From the IMG/VR virus record IMGVR_UViG_3300037502_003770, positions 248,001 through 312,000 of that record: a DNA stretch of 64,000 nucleotides. One strand, 5' to 3'. Below, in pieces: positions 40,447 through 50,373 of the stretch. The translations under genes and the position numbers were made by a program. The number at the start of each line of letters is the position of its first letter. The stretch's first letter is position 1. The notes under the pieces are model-generated. The model saw nothing but the letters and a program-made list of their open reading frames with translations, searched no databases and was not told the origin of the DNA.

Positions 40447-40476
40447 AATTAATTTAGAATAAATTTATATATAAAA

Positions 40477-41343
40477 ATGAATAAAATATCAGCAAGAATT
40501 ATTGCAGACTCTTTAAATCCTATTGGTATTAGATTAACAACTATGGTTGTAGTCTTTCCTAGAATGATTTTAAGTGAATTTAATACTCATAGAGTGTTTT
40601 CAAGAAACTCAGCTTCTTCAAGAGCAATTCCATTTAATAAAATGATTAAACTTGTAAATGAAGAACCATTTATCCCTATATCTTTTATGAAAGAACATAA
40701 AGGTATGCAAGGAAATGAATATTTTACTGAAGAAAAAGATATTCAAGAATTAACAAAAAATTGGTTATTAGCTAGAGATAAAGCTGTAGAATCAGCAAAA
40801 ATTTTATCAGAACAAGGATTAACAAAACAATTATGTAATAGAATTCTTGAACCTTTTATGTATCATACTGTAATTGTAACAGCAACAGAATGGAATAATT
40901 TCTTAAATTTAAGAATGGATTCTGGAGCTGAAATACATATACAAGAATTGGCAAGACAAATGTATACAGCTTTACAAGAATCTACACCAAAACAATTACA
41001 AGATAATGAATGGCATATTCCTTTTGGTGAAATGATGGATATTAACAGAATTAATGATACAGCATTAAAAATGTTAAGTACAGAAGAAGAAATGAGATTA
41101 AAAATTGCAACAGCAAGATGTGCAAGAGTATCATATTTGAATTTTGAAGGAAAAGATGATTATACAGCTGATTATATTTTACATGATACTTTAGCTTCAT
41201 CAGGTCATTTTTCTCCTATGGAACATTGTGCTTTAGCAATAGATAGTGATGAATTAATATTAGAAAATGGAAATCTAAGAGGTTTTATACAATATAGAAA
41301 AACCTTTGAAAACGAAAACAGAACTCAAGAGGTAAAAATATAA
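40477..41343 (+). CDS. thyX: Flavin-dependent thymidylate synthase
   Basis: EFNTHRVFSRNSASSRAIP, KQLCNRILEP, ARCARVSY, GHFSPMEH. Confidence 0.88.
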   Translation: MNKISARIIADSLNPIGIRLTTMVVVFPRMILSEFNTHRVFSRNSASSRAIPFNKMIKLVNEEPFIPISFMKEHKGMQGNEYFTEEKDIQELTKNWLLARDKAVESAKILSEQGLTKQLCNRILEPFMYHTVIVTATEWNNFLNLRMDSGAEIHIQELARQMYTALQESTPKQLQDNEWHIPFGEMMDINRINDTALKMLSTEEEMRLKIATARCARVSYLNFEGKDDYTADYILHDTLASSGHFSPMEHCALAIDSDELILENGNLRGFIQYRKTFENENRTQEVKI

Positions 41344-41397
41344 TATTTTTTAACAAAATCATATTTAAAAAAATATATTAAGTCTATTTAAAGGAAC

Positions 41398-41432
41398 AAG
41401 CTTAACTTTGATATTAAATCATTGTTAAGCTT
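41398..41432 (+). promoter_or_regulatory. Stem-loop in the nrdA leader
   Basis: AAGCTTAAC..TGAT-attaa-ATCA..GTTAAGCTT, downstream of both promoter-type motifs (41350, 41384). Confidence 0.45.
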
Positions 41433-41473
41433 TTGTCATCTAAAATAAAAAATATTTATAACAAACAAAACAA

Positions 41474-43759
41474 ATGCAAGTCAAAAAACGAAACGGACAA
41501 CTAGAAGAATTACATTACGAAAAAATTAACAAAGTATTAAATTGGGCTGTTATGGATATATCTGACGTAAATAGTTCAGATGTAGCTATGAACGCTAAAC
41601 TACAATTATATGATGGGATTTCAACAGACTCTATTCATGAGGTATTAATTAATTCAGCTGTAGAATTAATTTCAGAAGAAAATCCAAACTATCAATATGT
41701 TGCTTCTTCATTATTAAATTATCTTATCAGAAAAAGATTATTTAATTCACAAAATGATTTACCTTCATTATATGAATTAGTTAAGAAAAATATTAAACTA
41801 GGTTTTTATAACTCAGAATTTTTAGATTTATATACAGAAGAAGAATTTAATACTATCAACGGTTATATTAAACATGATAGAGATTATCTTTTAACTTATA
41901 GTGGATTACAACAAGTAATAGACAAATATTTAGTAAAGGATAGGTTTAATAATCAAATATTTGAAACACCACAATATATGTGGATATTAATTTCAATGTA
42001 TTTATTTAAACATTATCCAAAAGACAAAAGATTAAAACAAGTTAAATCTTTTTATGATGATATTTCTAAATTAAAATTAAATTTATCTACACCAATATTG
42101 TCAGGCGTTAGAACACCTATGACGCAATTTAGTTCTTGTGTATTAGTTGAAGTAGGTGATAATTTAGATTCTATTTTTGCCTCCGTACAGGCTGTTGGTA
42201 AGTACACAGCAAGAAAAGCTGGTATAGGTCTTCATTTAGGAAACATTCGTGCATTAGGTGATAAAATTAGGAATGGTGAAGTAATTCATACAGGTGTAGT
42301 ACCTTTTGCAAAAGTTTTTGAATCAACTGTTAAATCTTGTCAACAAGCAGGTTTAAGAGGAGGTGGTGCAACTACTTATTTCCCTATTTGGCATAAAGAA
42401 ATTGAAAATATTGTAGTATTAAAAAATAATAGAGGAACAGAAGATAATAGAGTTAGAAAACTTGATTATGGTATACAAATTAATAAATTATTCTACAATA
42501 GGTTAATTAAAAAACAAAATATTACTTTATTTTCTCCTCATGATGTTCCTTCTTTAAAAGAAGCTTTTTATTCAGGAAATAATGAAGTTTTTGAAAAAAT
42601 ATATACTGAATTAGAGAATGACCCATCTATTTCAAAAAAGAGTATTCCTGCAACAGAATTATTTAATTCAATAGCAAAAGAAAGATTGGAAACAGGTCGT
42701 ATTTACATTATGAATGTGGATAATGTAAATAATAATGGTTCTTTTAATGTACAAACTCGTATGTCGAATTTGTGTGCTGAAATCACGTTACCAACAAAAC
42801 CTATCCAACATATTGATGACCCTGATGGTGAAATAGCTTTATGTGTACTTTCAAATATTAATTTAGCACATATTAAAGATTTTACTGATTTAAGAGAACT
42901 ATGTCATAACACAGTAAGAGCTTTAGATAGTATTATAGATATTCAGGATTACCCAATTGAGGCTGCAAAGAAAATGTTAAAAAGAAGAAGTATTGGTGTT
43001 GGTGTAACTAATTTAGCATATTTTTTAGCTAAAAGAAATTTAAAATATGGTTCTGATGAAAGTTTAGTTTTATTAGATGAACTATTTGAACATTTTGCTT
43101 ATTATTTAACAGAAGCTACAGTACAATTAGCAAAAGAATTTGGTAAATGTGAATATTTTGAAGAAAGTAAATATTCTAAAGGTTTATTAAATATTGATAG
43201 ATATAATAAAAAAGTAGATTCTTTAACTCAAAATAGACCACTTTCTTTAGATTGGGATTCTTTAAGAAAAGATGTTTTAACTTACGGTGTAAGAAACTCT
43301 TGCATTTCAGCATTTCCACCAAATGAGTCCAGCTCGTTGGTGTCGAATTCTACTAATGGTATTGAACCTATTAGGTCATTAATTACCGCAAAGAAGTCTA
43401 AGCAAGGCGTTTTAAAAGTTGTCGCTCCTGAAAGTAATAAACTTAAAAACAAATATGAATTAGCTTTTGATATTAGTAATTCAGCAATAAATAAAACAGT
43501 TGCAGTAATACAGAAATATACAGACCAAGCAATATCAGTAAATCATTATTACTCACCAAAGAAATATGATAATGGAAATATTCCTATTTCTGTAATTATA
43601 AAAGATATATTAGAATTTTATAATTATGGTGGAAAATGTTTATATTATGCAAATACTGATAATAATAAAAACTCAGCTGAAAATGAAGTAAATAAAGAAT
43701 TAGAATATATTGTTTCTAATGATGATACTTCTTGCGAAAGTGGTGCTTGTTCACTTTAA
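41474..43759 (+). CDS. nrdA: Ribonucleotide reductase class Ia alpha subunit with ATP cone
   Basis: VKKRNG ATP cone, FSSCVL, SNLCAEI, LCVLS, LYY, C-terminal CESGAC. Confidence 0.97.
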   Translation: MQVKKRNGQLEELHYEKINKVLNWAVMDISDVNSSDVAMNAKLQLYDGISTDSIHEVLINSAVELISEENPNYQYVASSLLNYLIRKRLFNSQNDLPSLYELVKKNIKLGFYNSEFLDLYTEEEFNTINGYIKHDRDYLLTYSGLQQVIDKYLVKDRFNNQIFETPQYMWILISMYLFKHYPKDKRLKQVKSFYDDISKLKLNLSTPILSGVRTPMTQFSSCVLVEVGDNLDSIFASVQAVGKYTARKAGIGLHLGNIRALGDKIRNGEVIHTGVVPFAKVFESTVKSCQQAGLRGGGATTYFPIWHKEIENIVVLKNNRGTEDNRVRKLDYGIQINKLFYNRLIKKQNITLFSPHDVPSLKEAFYSGNNEVFEKIYTELENDPSISKKSIPATELFNSIAKERLETGRIYIMNVDNVNNNGSFNVQTRMSNLCAEITLPTKPIQHIDDPDGEIALCVLSNINLAHIKDFTDLRELCHNTVRALDSIIDIQDYPIEAAKKMLKRRSIGVGVTNLAYFLAKRNLKYGSDESLVLLDELFEHFAYYLTEATVQLAKEFGKCEYFEESKYSKGLLNIDRYNKKVDSLTQNRPLSLDWDSLRKDVLTYGVRNSCISAFPPNESSSLVSNSTNGIEPIRSLITAKKSKQGVLKVVAPESNKLKNKYELAFDISNSAINKTVAVIQKYTDQAISVNHYYSPKKYDNGNIPISVIIKDILEFYNYGGKCLYYANTDNNKNSAENEVNKELEYIVSNDDTSCESGACSL

Positions 43760-43780
43760 ACAATCTTTTTAATAAAACAT

Positions 43781-43822
43781 AAATCAACCATATAATAATA
43801 TTTTGTATGGTTGATTTTTTTT
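43781..43822 (+). terminator. Intrinsic terminator after nrdA
   Basis: AAATCAACCATATAA/TTGTATGGTTGATTT stem followed by a T run. Confidence 0.75.
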
Positions 43823-43879
43823 AACAAAAAGATAAACTTTATATACTATTAAAAAATAAAAACCCTTTATAAAAAAAAT

Positions 43880-44206
43880 ATGTTTACAAAAATAATAAAT
43901 TTCTTTAAAAGAAAACCTAAACAAGAAAATAAACCTACTAAAAAAACTAGTTATACTAGCAGTAGAATGATATCAGAAAGTAATTATTCATCTAATATAG
44001 ATAATACTTATTCAGATATTACAGCGCAACATATCATATTTAATAATATGTTTAATTCTTCAAATGATTCTACTTCTGATTCAAGCGATAATTCATCAAG
44101 TAGTTATATTCCTGATTCTTGGTCTTCTTCTGATAGTTATTCTAGTTCAGATTCTTCATATTCAAGCGATAGTTCAAGTTGTGATTCATCAAGTTCTTCA
44201 GATTAA
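43880..44206 (+). CDS. Ser/Asp-rich low-complexity protein
   Basis: Basic amphipathic N-terminus and an SSDSS-rich tail; own TTAACA-N17-TACTAT promoter at 43821-43849. Confidence 0.6.
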   Translation: MFTKIINFFKRKPKQENKPTKKTSYTSSRMISESNYSSNIDNTYSDITAQHIIFNNMFNSSNDSTSDSSDNSSSSYIPDSWSSSDSYSSSDSSYSSDSSSCDSSSSSD

Positions 44207-44211
44207 TAATT

Positions 44212-44562
44212 ATGATTTTATCATTTCCTTTACATCTTCATAAAAATGATAGGGTTTTACAAGAAATTAAAATTCATACTTATAAATTATATAAAAAGTA
44301 TCAAAATATATTAAGACTAGTTATAAACCATATTTATAAAATAAATAATAGATTTGAGTTACATCTATCTGAAATAGATAAAAAACTTAGATTATCACTA
44401 TTTATAGATAAAGATACTACTTTAAATTACATTCTTGATTTAACTAGTAAAACCTTTAATTATTCTTTATCTAATAAAGAAAATATTATAGTAGAATATA
44501 CTTTCTCTTTAAAAGAGTTTTTTATTCATAGTAAATTATTATCAGAGTACAAAAAAATATAA
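44212..44562 (+). CDS. Hypothetical protein
   Basis: 116-aa ORF. Confidence 0.5.
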   Translation: MILSFPLHLHKNDRVLQEIKIHTYKLYKKYQNILRLVINHIYKINNRFELHLSEIDKKLRLSLFIDKDTTLNYILDLTSKTFNYSLSNKENIIVEYTFSLKEFFIHSKLLSEYKKI

Positions 44563-44568
44563 AAAAAT

Positions 44569-45654
44569 ATGACAAATAATACAATTATTAATTTAAATAA
44601 AAATATTGATTTCTCAAAAGAACCTATTTTCTTTGGTGAAAAATTAAATATACAAAGATACGATAACCCTAAACATGGTGTATTTTTAAAATTTTTTAAT
44701 GAACAGGTTTCAGCTTTTTGGAGACCTGAAGAAGTAACTATATCTAATGATAGGTTAGATTATGAAAAAATGGAAGACTTTGAGAAATTCATTTTTACAA
44801 AAAATCTAGGATATCAAATTCTTTTAGATTCAGTACAAAGTAGGGGTATCCATAATTTACTTGAGAATTGTTCTTCTCCAGAAGTTGAAGTTTTTTGTAA
44901 GAGTTGGGAGTTTTTTGAAACAATACATAGTTATTCATATACATATATTATTCAAAATATTTATCCTAATGCTAAGGAAATATTGGATAATATAATGCTT
45001 GATGAAGAAATCTTAAAAAGAACAACATCTGTTACAAAATATTATGATAGTTTAATTAATAATATTGGCGATGAAAGTTTAGAAGAATTAAAGAAAAAAT
45101 TATATCTTACTTTAGTAAGTATTAATATTTTAGAAGGTATTAGATTTTATATTTCATTTGCTTGTTCTTTTTCTTTTGCTCAAAATAAGAAAATGGAAGG
45201 TAACGCTAAAATTATTTCTTTAATTGCTGGTGATGAAAATAAACATTTAGGTTTTACACAAAAATTAATTAATATATTAAAAACAGAAGAAAGCGAAGGT
45301 TTTGTTGAAATAGCAAAAGAATGTGAACCTTTAGTTGAACAAATGTTTAAAGATGCTGCTGAAGAAGAAATGAGATGGGCTGAATATTTATTTAAAGATG
45401 GTAAACATATGCTTGGTTTAAATAAAGATATTCTTGTTCAGTACATGAAGTTTTTAACAAATCAAAGAATGGCTGCTATTAAAAGTAAACCATGTTTTGA
45501 AAAAACTAAAAATCCTATTACTTGGATGAATCATTGGTTAGACAATAAATCTTTACAAGTAGCACCTCAAGAAACAGAAATTGAATCTTATGTAATATCT
45601 TCAACTAAAAATGATTTAGAAAGTATAGATTTTGATGGTTTTGATTTAGATTAA
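44569..45654 (+). CDS. nrdB: Ribonucleotide reductase class Ia beta subunit
   Basis: FWRPEE, LLDSVQ, ETIHSYSY (radical Tyr), LEGIRFY, DENKH, VAPQETE. Confidence 0.97.
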   Translation: MTNNTIINLNKNIDFSKEPIFFGEKLNIQRYDNPKHGVFLKFFNEQVSAFWRPEEVTISNDRLDYEKMEDFEKFIFTKNLGYQILLDSVQSRGIHNLLENCSSPEVEVFCKSWEFFETIHSYSYTYIIQNIYPNAKEILDNIMLDEEILKRTTSVTKYYDSLINNIGDESLEELKKKLYLTLVSINILEGIRFYISFACSFSFAQNKKMEGNAKIISLIAGDENKHLGFTQKLINILKTEESEGFVEIAKECEPLVEQMFKDAAEEEMRWAEYLFKDGKHMLGLNKDILVQYMKFLTNQRMAAIKSKPCFEKTKNPITWMNHWLDNKSLQVAPQETEIESYVISSTKNDLESIDFDGFDLD

Positions 45655-45656
45655 TA

Positions 45657-45944
45657 ATGGAAATATCAATTAAAACTAATAATATTACTTATTTTGAATC
45701 AAATAATGTTCATAATATTATTAAATGTTATTTTAGTAATCTTTATCTGATTTATGAATTAGAAATTCTTAAAGATAAGGATTACTTTTTAAGAATAAAA
45801 TTTGAAGATTATGATTGTTTCCTTTCTATTAAAAGAAATTTATTAGAATATAGATATATTAGTATTAAAGATTTTAATATATTATCTATTGGTACATACT
45901 TAAAAAATCCTCAGCACACAAAATACGAAAAACTTATTAAATAA
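45657..45944 (+). CDS. Dispersed member of the small array family
   Basis: MEISIKTNNITYFE matches the array consensus very closely. Confidence 0.7.
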   Translation: MEISIKTNNITYFESNNVHNIIKCYFSNLYLIYELEILKDKDYFLRIKFEDYDCFLSIKRNLLEYRYISIKDFNILSIGTYLKNPQHTKYEKLIK

Positions 45945-45949
45945 TTCTT

Positions 45950-46261
45950 ATGAAAGAAATAAAAAATCAAGAAGAAATAATCTCTTTATTAGAAAATAAA
46001 GAATCTTTTATGTTGTATTGTTCAACACAAACTTGCATGCCTTGCAAAATATTAAAACCTGAAATAGAAAGTAATTTATCAGAATTTAATGATAAAATGA
46101 ATTATGTTTCTTTAGAAAACACAGAAGATTTACCAGCAAGATTTAATTTTAAATCTGTTCCTACAATTTTATTTTTTAGAGAAGGTCAATTAGTAAACAA
46201 AGGTACTGGTACTAAAGAATTAACTTTAGATTTTATTAAAAATAATTTACTTACTTTATAA
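45950..46261 (+). CDS. Thioredoxin
   Basis: CMPC active site and SVPT cis-Pro motif; next to nrdB. Confidence 0.85.
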   Translation: MKEIKNQEEIISLLENKESFMLYCSTQTCMPCKILKPEIESNLSEFNDKMNYVSLENTEDLPARFNFKSVPTILFFREGQLVNKGTGTKELTLDFIKNNLLTL

Positions 46262-46512
46262 TGGAAAATTTAGTATTACGATATTTTGAATCTGAAGAAT
46301 TTGTTGGGAATTGGGAACATATAAAACCTTTTAAATATTCTTCAAAAGAAGATTTCTTTTTACATATTATGTATCAACCTATAATTTTAAAAGAATTTAA
46401 TTTATGGGATGAAACAGATTTAACTACATCTGAAAGAATAGAAGAAATACTTGACAATATAGAAGTTTTTACTTTAGAAGAATGGTTTTCACAAAATGAA
46501 ATTAAACTATGA
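46261..46512 (+). CDS. Hypothetical protein
   Basis: 83-aa coupled ORF. Confidence 0.55.
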   Translation: MENLVLRYFESEEFVGNWEHIKPFKYSSKEDFFLHIMYQPIILKEFNLWDETDLTTSERIEEILDNIEVFTLEEWFSQNEIKL

Positions 46513-46880
46513 TAAAAGTGAGGTTTAATTTAGCTAGAGGTAAAAATTATAAAAAATGGAAAATTGATTATGGTAATAATAATGTTACATATCATTCTAT
46601 TGATGAAGTTTTTTTAATTATGAAAAATTGTTTTCTTAAAAATAATACTAAAATAGCTAATAAAATATTTAACGGTGCTAATAAAAATGTTTGTGCTTTT
46701 ATCATATGTGAAAATATCGAAATAATATTAAAAACAGAATCTATCTTAGAAAAAAATGATTTAGAATTAAAATATAATCCTAAAGTAAATCCATATTGGG
46801 TTTTTAATGATGTTAATTATGATAATAAGACTATTAGTGAATTATATACAGTAAGTAACAAAATATATATTAAAAATTAA
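46509..46880 (+). CDS. Hypothetical protein
   Basis: 123 aa; VRFNLARG..WKI and LKYNPKVNPYW blocks. Confidence 0.55.
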   Translation: MIKVRFNLARGKNYKKWKIDYGNNNVTYHSIDEVFLIMKNCFLKNNTKIANKIFNGANKNVCAFIICENIEIILKTESILEKNDLELKYNPKVNPYWVFNDVNYDNKTISELYTVSNKIYIKN

Positions 46881-46926
46881 CATCATATATAAAATAAATA
46901 CTATTTATAAATAAATATTTAATAGA

Positions 46927-47901
46927 ATGGAAAATACTTCCTTTAAAAATAAAAAATTAGTACAGGTTGATAATAATTTAAAAGAATATTTATTAAAAGA
47001 ATTAATAAATACAGGTTTAATTCAAGAAGATTTTAACAAACCAACAGCTTATAAACCTTTACAGGATAAAGTTTCTAAAAATAGTGTTACTTATTTTAAA
47101 AATAAAATAGATAATGATGAACATATTGATGAACCCATTGTAGATATTAATAATAATATTTTAGATGGTCATCACAGAATGAAAGCCTTTAGTTTAGACC
47201 CTTTAATTTCACAAGTTAAAACATTAAAAATAATGTTAAGTGGTGAGGATGCTATTAAACTATTAAATAAAATTAAAGATAGATATGATTTCTTTTCTAA
47301 GGATGTAGAGTTTATTGAATATAATCCTTTTCATACTGAAAGAGAAGAAAGTATTTCACAAGAAGATATCACCAATTATAATACATCTAATTTAGGTATT
47401 GATAATTCACAATTTTATCAAAATTATAAACCTCAAGCACCAGCTGATTTTTTTGGTCAAGGTACAATGGATTCATTTTTTCCTGAAAACGATAATATTT
47501 ATAATCAAGATACCAATCAACAAAATATAACTGACATAAACAATTTAACATCTTCAGATAGTAGTGAAATAATAGATTATGAAAATGATTACACAGTTTA
47601 TTCAATGAAACCTATTGATAAAAATGATAGAACAGGTTTTGTTGTTTCATTGATTAATAATAATCATAAATTTGAATATACTTTATCTTTTGATAATTTA
47701 ATTGAATTTGAAGATATGGCTTATTTAGATTTTTTAAAATATTTTGTTTCATTAAATGATGAGAATAATTTTTATAATAAATTTAAATCAGAAAACCCAA
47801 CAGAAAGTTTAGCTTTACAAAAAACAGTTAATCATATTTGTAAAATAAATAATGTTGACGGTGTGAAAATTGGTGAAAAATTTATTTTTATTGTAAATTA
47901 A
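46927..47901 (+). CDS. ParB/Srx-like domain late protein
   Basis: PIVDINNNILDGHHR; late motif at 46900-46908. Confidence 0.65.
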   Translation: MENTSFKNKKLVQVDNNLKEYLLKELINTGLIQEDFNKPTAYKPLQDKVSKNSVTYFKNKIDNDEHIDEPIVDINNNILDGHHRMKAFSLDPLISQVKTLKIMLSGEDAIKLLNKIKDRYDFFSKDVEFIEYNPFHTEREESISQEDITNYNTSNLGIDNSQFYQNYKPQAPADFFGQGTMDSFFPENDNIYNQDTNQQNITDINNLTSSDSSEIIDYENDYTVYSMKPIDKNDRTGFVVSLINNNHKFEYTLSFDNLIEFEDMAYLDFLKYFVSLNDENNFYNKFKSENPTESLALQKTVNHICKINNVDGVKIGEKFIFIVN

Positions 47902-47984
47902 TTCTAAAATACACTTAATAATTTTAACAATTGTCCAATAGATTATTTACTATTGGACAATTACTTTTTAATATAAATTTAAAT

Positions 47985-49394
47985 ATGAATAAATATAAAA
48001 TTTTAGTATACAATCAAGATACTCATGGTGTTGGATTTTATCGGATGACACAACCAGCTTTACAATTAAATAAAGATTATTCAGATATTTTTGATATTGA
48101 AATAAATCCTTTAGCTGATGTTAATAATGATGATTATATTAAACAATTTTCTATGATATGGTGTCACAGAACAATAGTTGATTATAATAATATGGAATCA
48201 TATATGAAAAAAATGAGGTCTTTTGGAATAAAAGTTGTATTAGATATAGATGATTATTGGTCTGTACCTGAAACCCACTATTTATATCATGACCTTAAAG
48301 CTAGTGGGTTAGCTAAAATGATTATTAATAATATTAAATTAGTTGATGCTGTTACTACAACAAACCCATATTTTGCTTCTTTAATTAGACCTTTTAATAA
48401 AAATGTTTTTGTTATTGAAAATGGTATCGATACTTCATTAGACCAATACAATGAAGAAAAAAATAATTCTAAATTTACTAGAATTGGTTATTTAGGTGGT
48501 TCTTCTCACTATGAAGATTTATCTTTATTAAAAGATGGTTTTGAAATAATGTTAAATGATTCTTCAATTGAAAATAAATATCAATTTAATTTGGTTGGTT
48601 GGGATTTAAGAGGTACAATGACTGAAAATAAAGTTAACGATGAATTATATAGAGAATTTGTTGAAGAAATGCAAAATGTATATAAAATTCAATATACAAG
48701 AGAATTAGCTAATCTTTTAGCTAAAGCTGGACAAGATTTATCAAGAATTAATAATTTTCCACAACCTTTAGTTGAAAAATATAATAATAAACTAGTTACT
48801 AGAACTCAAAGAGCAATTAAACCTACTGAAAGTATTTGGTATAAATATGAAAAAGATATTTTTACTTCAAATTATAAATTAATTAAAGATAAAAATTATT
48901 ATGAATATTTAATGGAATTCAATCTAAATGATAGGTTTGGAAATGAATTAGAAGAACAACCATATGTAAGACATAAAACAGATGGTATTTATGAATTTGC
49001 TAAAAACTATAAACATATTGATGTTGCTTTAGCTCCTTTAAAAGTTACAGGTAAAGTAAAAAATGGTATTTTACTAATGAATGATAATAATAATTTTCAA
49101 TTATGTAAATCTAATTTAAAAATATTAGAATCAGCTTTTTATAAAACACCTATCATTTGTTCAGAAATATCTACTTATACTTATGATAAGGATTTTCAAC
49201 ATGGTAAAAATATTTTATTTGTATCACCTGAAAGACAAGAAAAAGATTGGTATAAGAATATTAAAAGATTAATTAATAATCCTAATGAAAGAATAGACAT
49301 GGGATTACTTGCTTATGAAACAGTAAAAGATAAGTATAATCTAAAAACATTAACTGAAAAAAGAAAAGATATTTATTTATCAATTCTAAAATAA
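47985..49394 (+). CDS. Glycosyltransferase, GT-B fold (GT4-like)
   Basis: GVGFYRM, LDIDDYW, RIGYLGGSSH, DVALAPL, KSNLKILE. The ATG at 47985 is preferred over the TTG inside the hairpin. Confidence 0.85.
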   Translation: MNKYKILVYNQDTHGVGFYRMTQPALQLNKDYSDIFDIEINPLADVNNDDYIKQFSMIWCHRTIVDYNNMESYMKKMRSFGIKVVLDIDDYWSVPETHYLYHDLKASGLAKMIINNIKLVDAVTTTNPYFASLIRPFNKNVFVIENGIDTSLDQYNEEKNNSKFTRIGYLGGSSHYEDLSLLKDGFEIMLNDSSIENKYQFNLVGWDLRGTMTENKVNDELYREFVEEMQNVYKIQYTRELANLLAKAGQDLSRINNFPQPLVEKYNNKLVTRTQRAIKPTESIWYKYEKDIFTSNYKLIKDKNYYEYLMEFNLNDRFGNELEEQPYVRHKTDGIYEFAKNYKHIDVALAPLKVTGKVKNGILLMNDNNNFQLCKSNLKILESAFYKTPIICSEISTYTYDKDFQHGKNILFVSPERQEKDWYKNIKRLINNPNERIDMGLLAYETVKDKYNLKTLTEKRKDIYLSILK

Positions 49395-49413
49395 TAAAAT
49401 ATATTAAATTAAT

Positions 49414-50262
49414 ATGGAAGAAAATAACAATATAGATAGTTTTTTTGATTTATTAAAAAATCTACCTGAAAATATTAAAAATAAACTAGCCTCCACAATA
49501 ATAAGTGGAGGTATAGCTTTAAGTAATGTTGAAAAGAATACTTTAAATGATTCTAATAAAACAGAAATTTCTCAAGCAATGGGTCTTGAACAAGGAAATT
49601 TTTTAGCTGATTTACTTGCAGGTAGAAAAACTAAAGCTTCTCAAGAATATGTTAAGAAATATTATGAAATTTTAAATAGAAGTGTTCTTTTAGAACAAAA
49701 ACATCGTGATATAGAATCTAAAAAAGATGGTTTATATAATAGAATGGCTAATGCTTTTCTTGATGAAGGAAATGTCAATCAATATCAAAAATATAATTTT
49801 AGACAAAACGCTTCTCATGAAGAAAATAAAGAACTTTTAAATGAACAATTTAATAGACAATTATCAAATAATCCAAATTATAAATTCTTATTTAATGTAC
49901 AACCTAAATTAGAAAGTTATTCACCTGATTATAGTAACCCTTCTTTAATAAGTCATAATTATAATGTTATTATAAATAATAATGCTGATATACAATATTT
50001 AAAATTCATCTATGCTTTGATTAATAGTATTTATGTATATGAAAATAAATCAAACAAAAATGATGTTTTAATTGAAATAAAACTTATTTCAGATAATGGA
50101 TTTAATACTTTTGTAAAAAATATTATGACAGTTACAAGTCTTGATATTTTAATTAAATCAATTGTTAATGAAGGCGATAAAGAATATTCTTTTAATATGT
50201 ACTCTCAAGAAAATATTCAATCTGAAAGAAAAATTATTTTAAAAGGTGATGTTATTTTTTAA
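49414..50262 (+). CDS. Hypothetical protein
   Basis: 282-aa ORF. Confidence 0.6.
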   Translation: MEENNNIDSFFDLLKNLPENIKNKLASTIISGGIALSNVEKNTLNDSNKTEISQAMGLEQGNFLADLLAGRKTKASQEYVKKYYEILNRSVLLEQKHRDIESKKDGLYNRMANAFLDEGNVNQYQKYNFRQNASHEENKELLNEQFNRQLSNNPNYKFLFNVQPKLESYSPDYSNPSLISHNYNVIINNNADIQYLKFIYALINSIYVYENKSNKNDVLIEIKLISDNGFNTFVKNIMTVTSLDILIKSIVNEGDKEYSFNMYSQENIQSERKIILKGDVIF

Positions 50263-50301
50263 CAAAATATATTTCTAAAAGTATTATCTATATCAAACAA
50301 G

Positions 50302-50373
50302 ACGATTGTAGTTCAGCAGGTAGAACGAAGGTCAGAAAACCTTGAGTCGACAGTTCAAGTCTGTCCTTTCGTT
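50302..50373 (+). ncRNA. Non-canonical tRNA-like RNA, apparently derived from tRNA-Phe(GAA)
   Basis: Intact D arm GTTC-AGCAGGTA-GAAC and T arm GACAG-TTCAAGT-CTGTC. Anticodon arm AAGGT-CAGAAA-ACCTT has a 6-nt loop with no U33. Two T-T mismatches in the acceptor stem; no CCA. Confidence 0.65.

Noticed and set aside
33494-41343. Modified-base pathway (2-aminoadenine, 7-deazaguanine or hmU) suggested by HD hydrolase plus kinase plus GMPR/IMPDH
   Set aside because: No PurZ, Que/Dpd or hydroxymethylase genes are in the window, ThyX makes ordinary dTMP, and adenine MTases plus GATC avoidance imply largely canonical DNA.
41474-45654. Introns or inteins in nrdA, nrdB or the helicase
   Set aside because: Lengths are typical, motifs are contiguous, and no intein C/HN junction motifs are seen.
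5530-47984. Upstream starts called at 5530, 26664, 40036 and 47931
   Set aside because: The extensions run through promoter motifs or hairpins, or overlap the previous gene; the downstream ATGs (5584, 26733, 40072, 47985) fit better.
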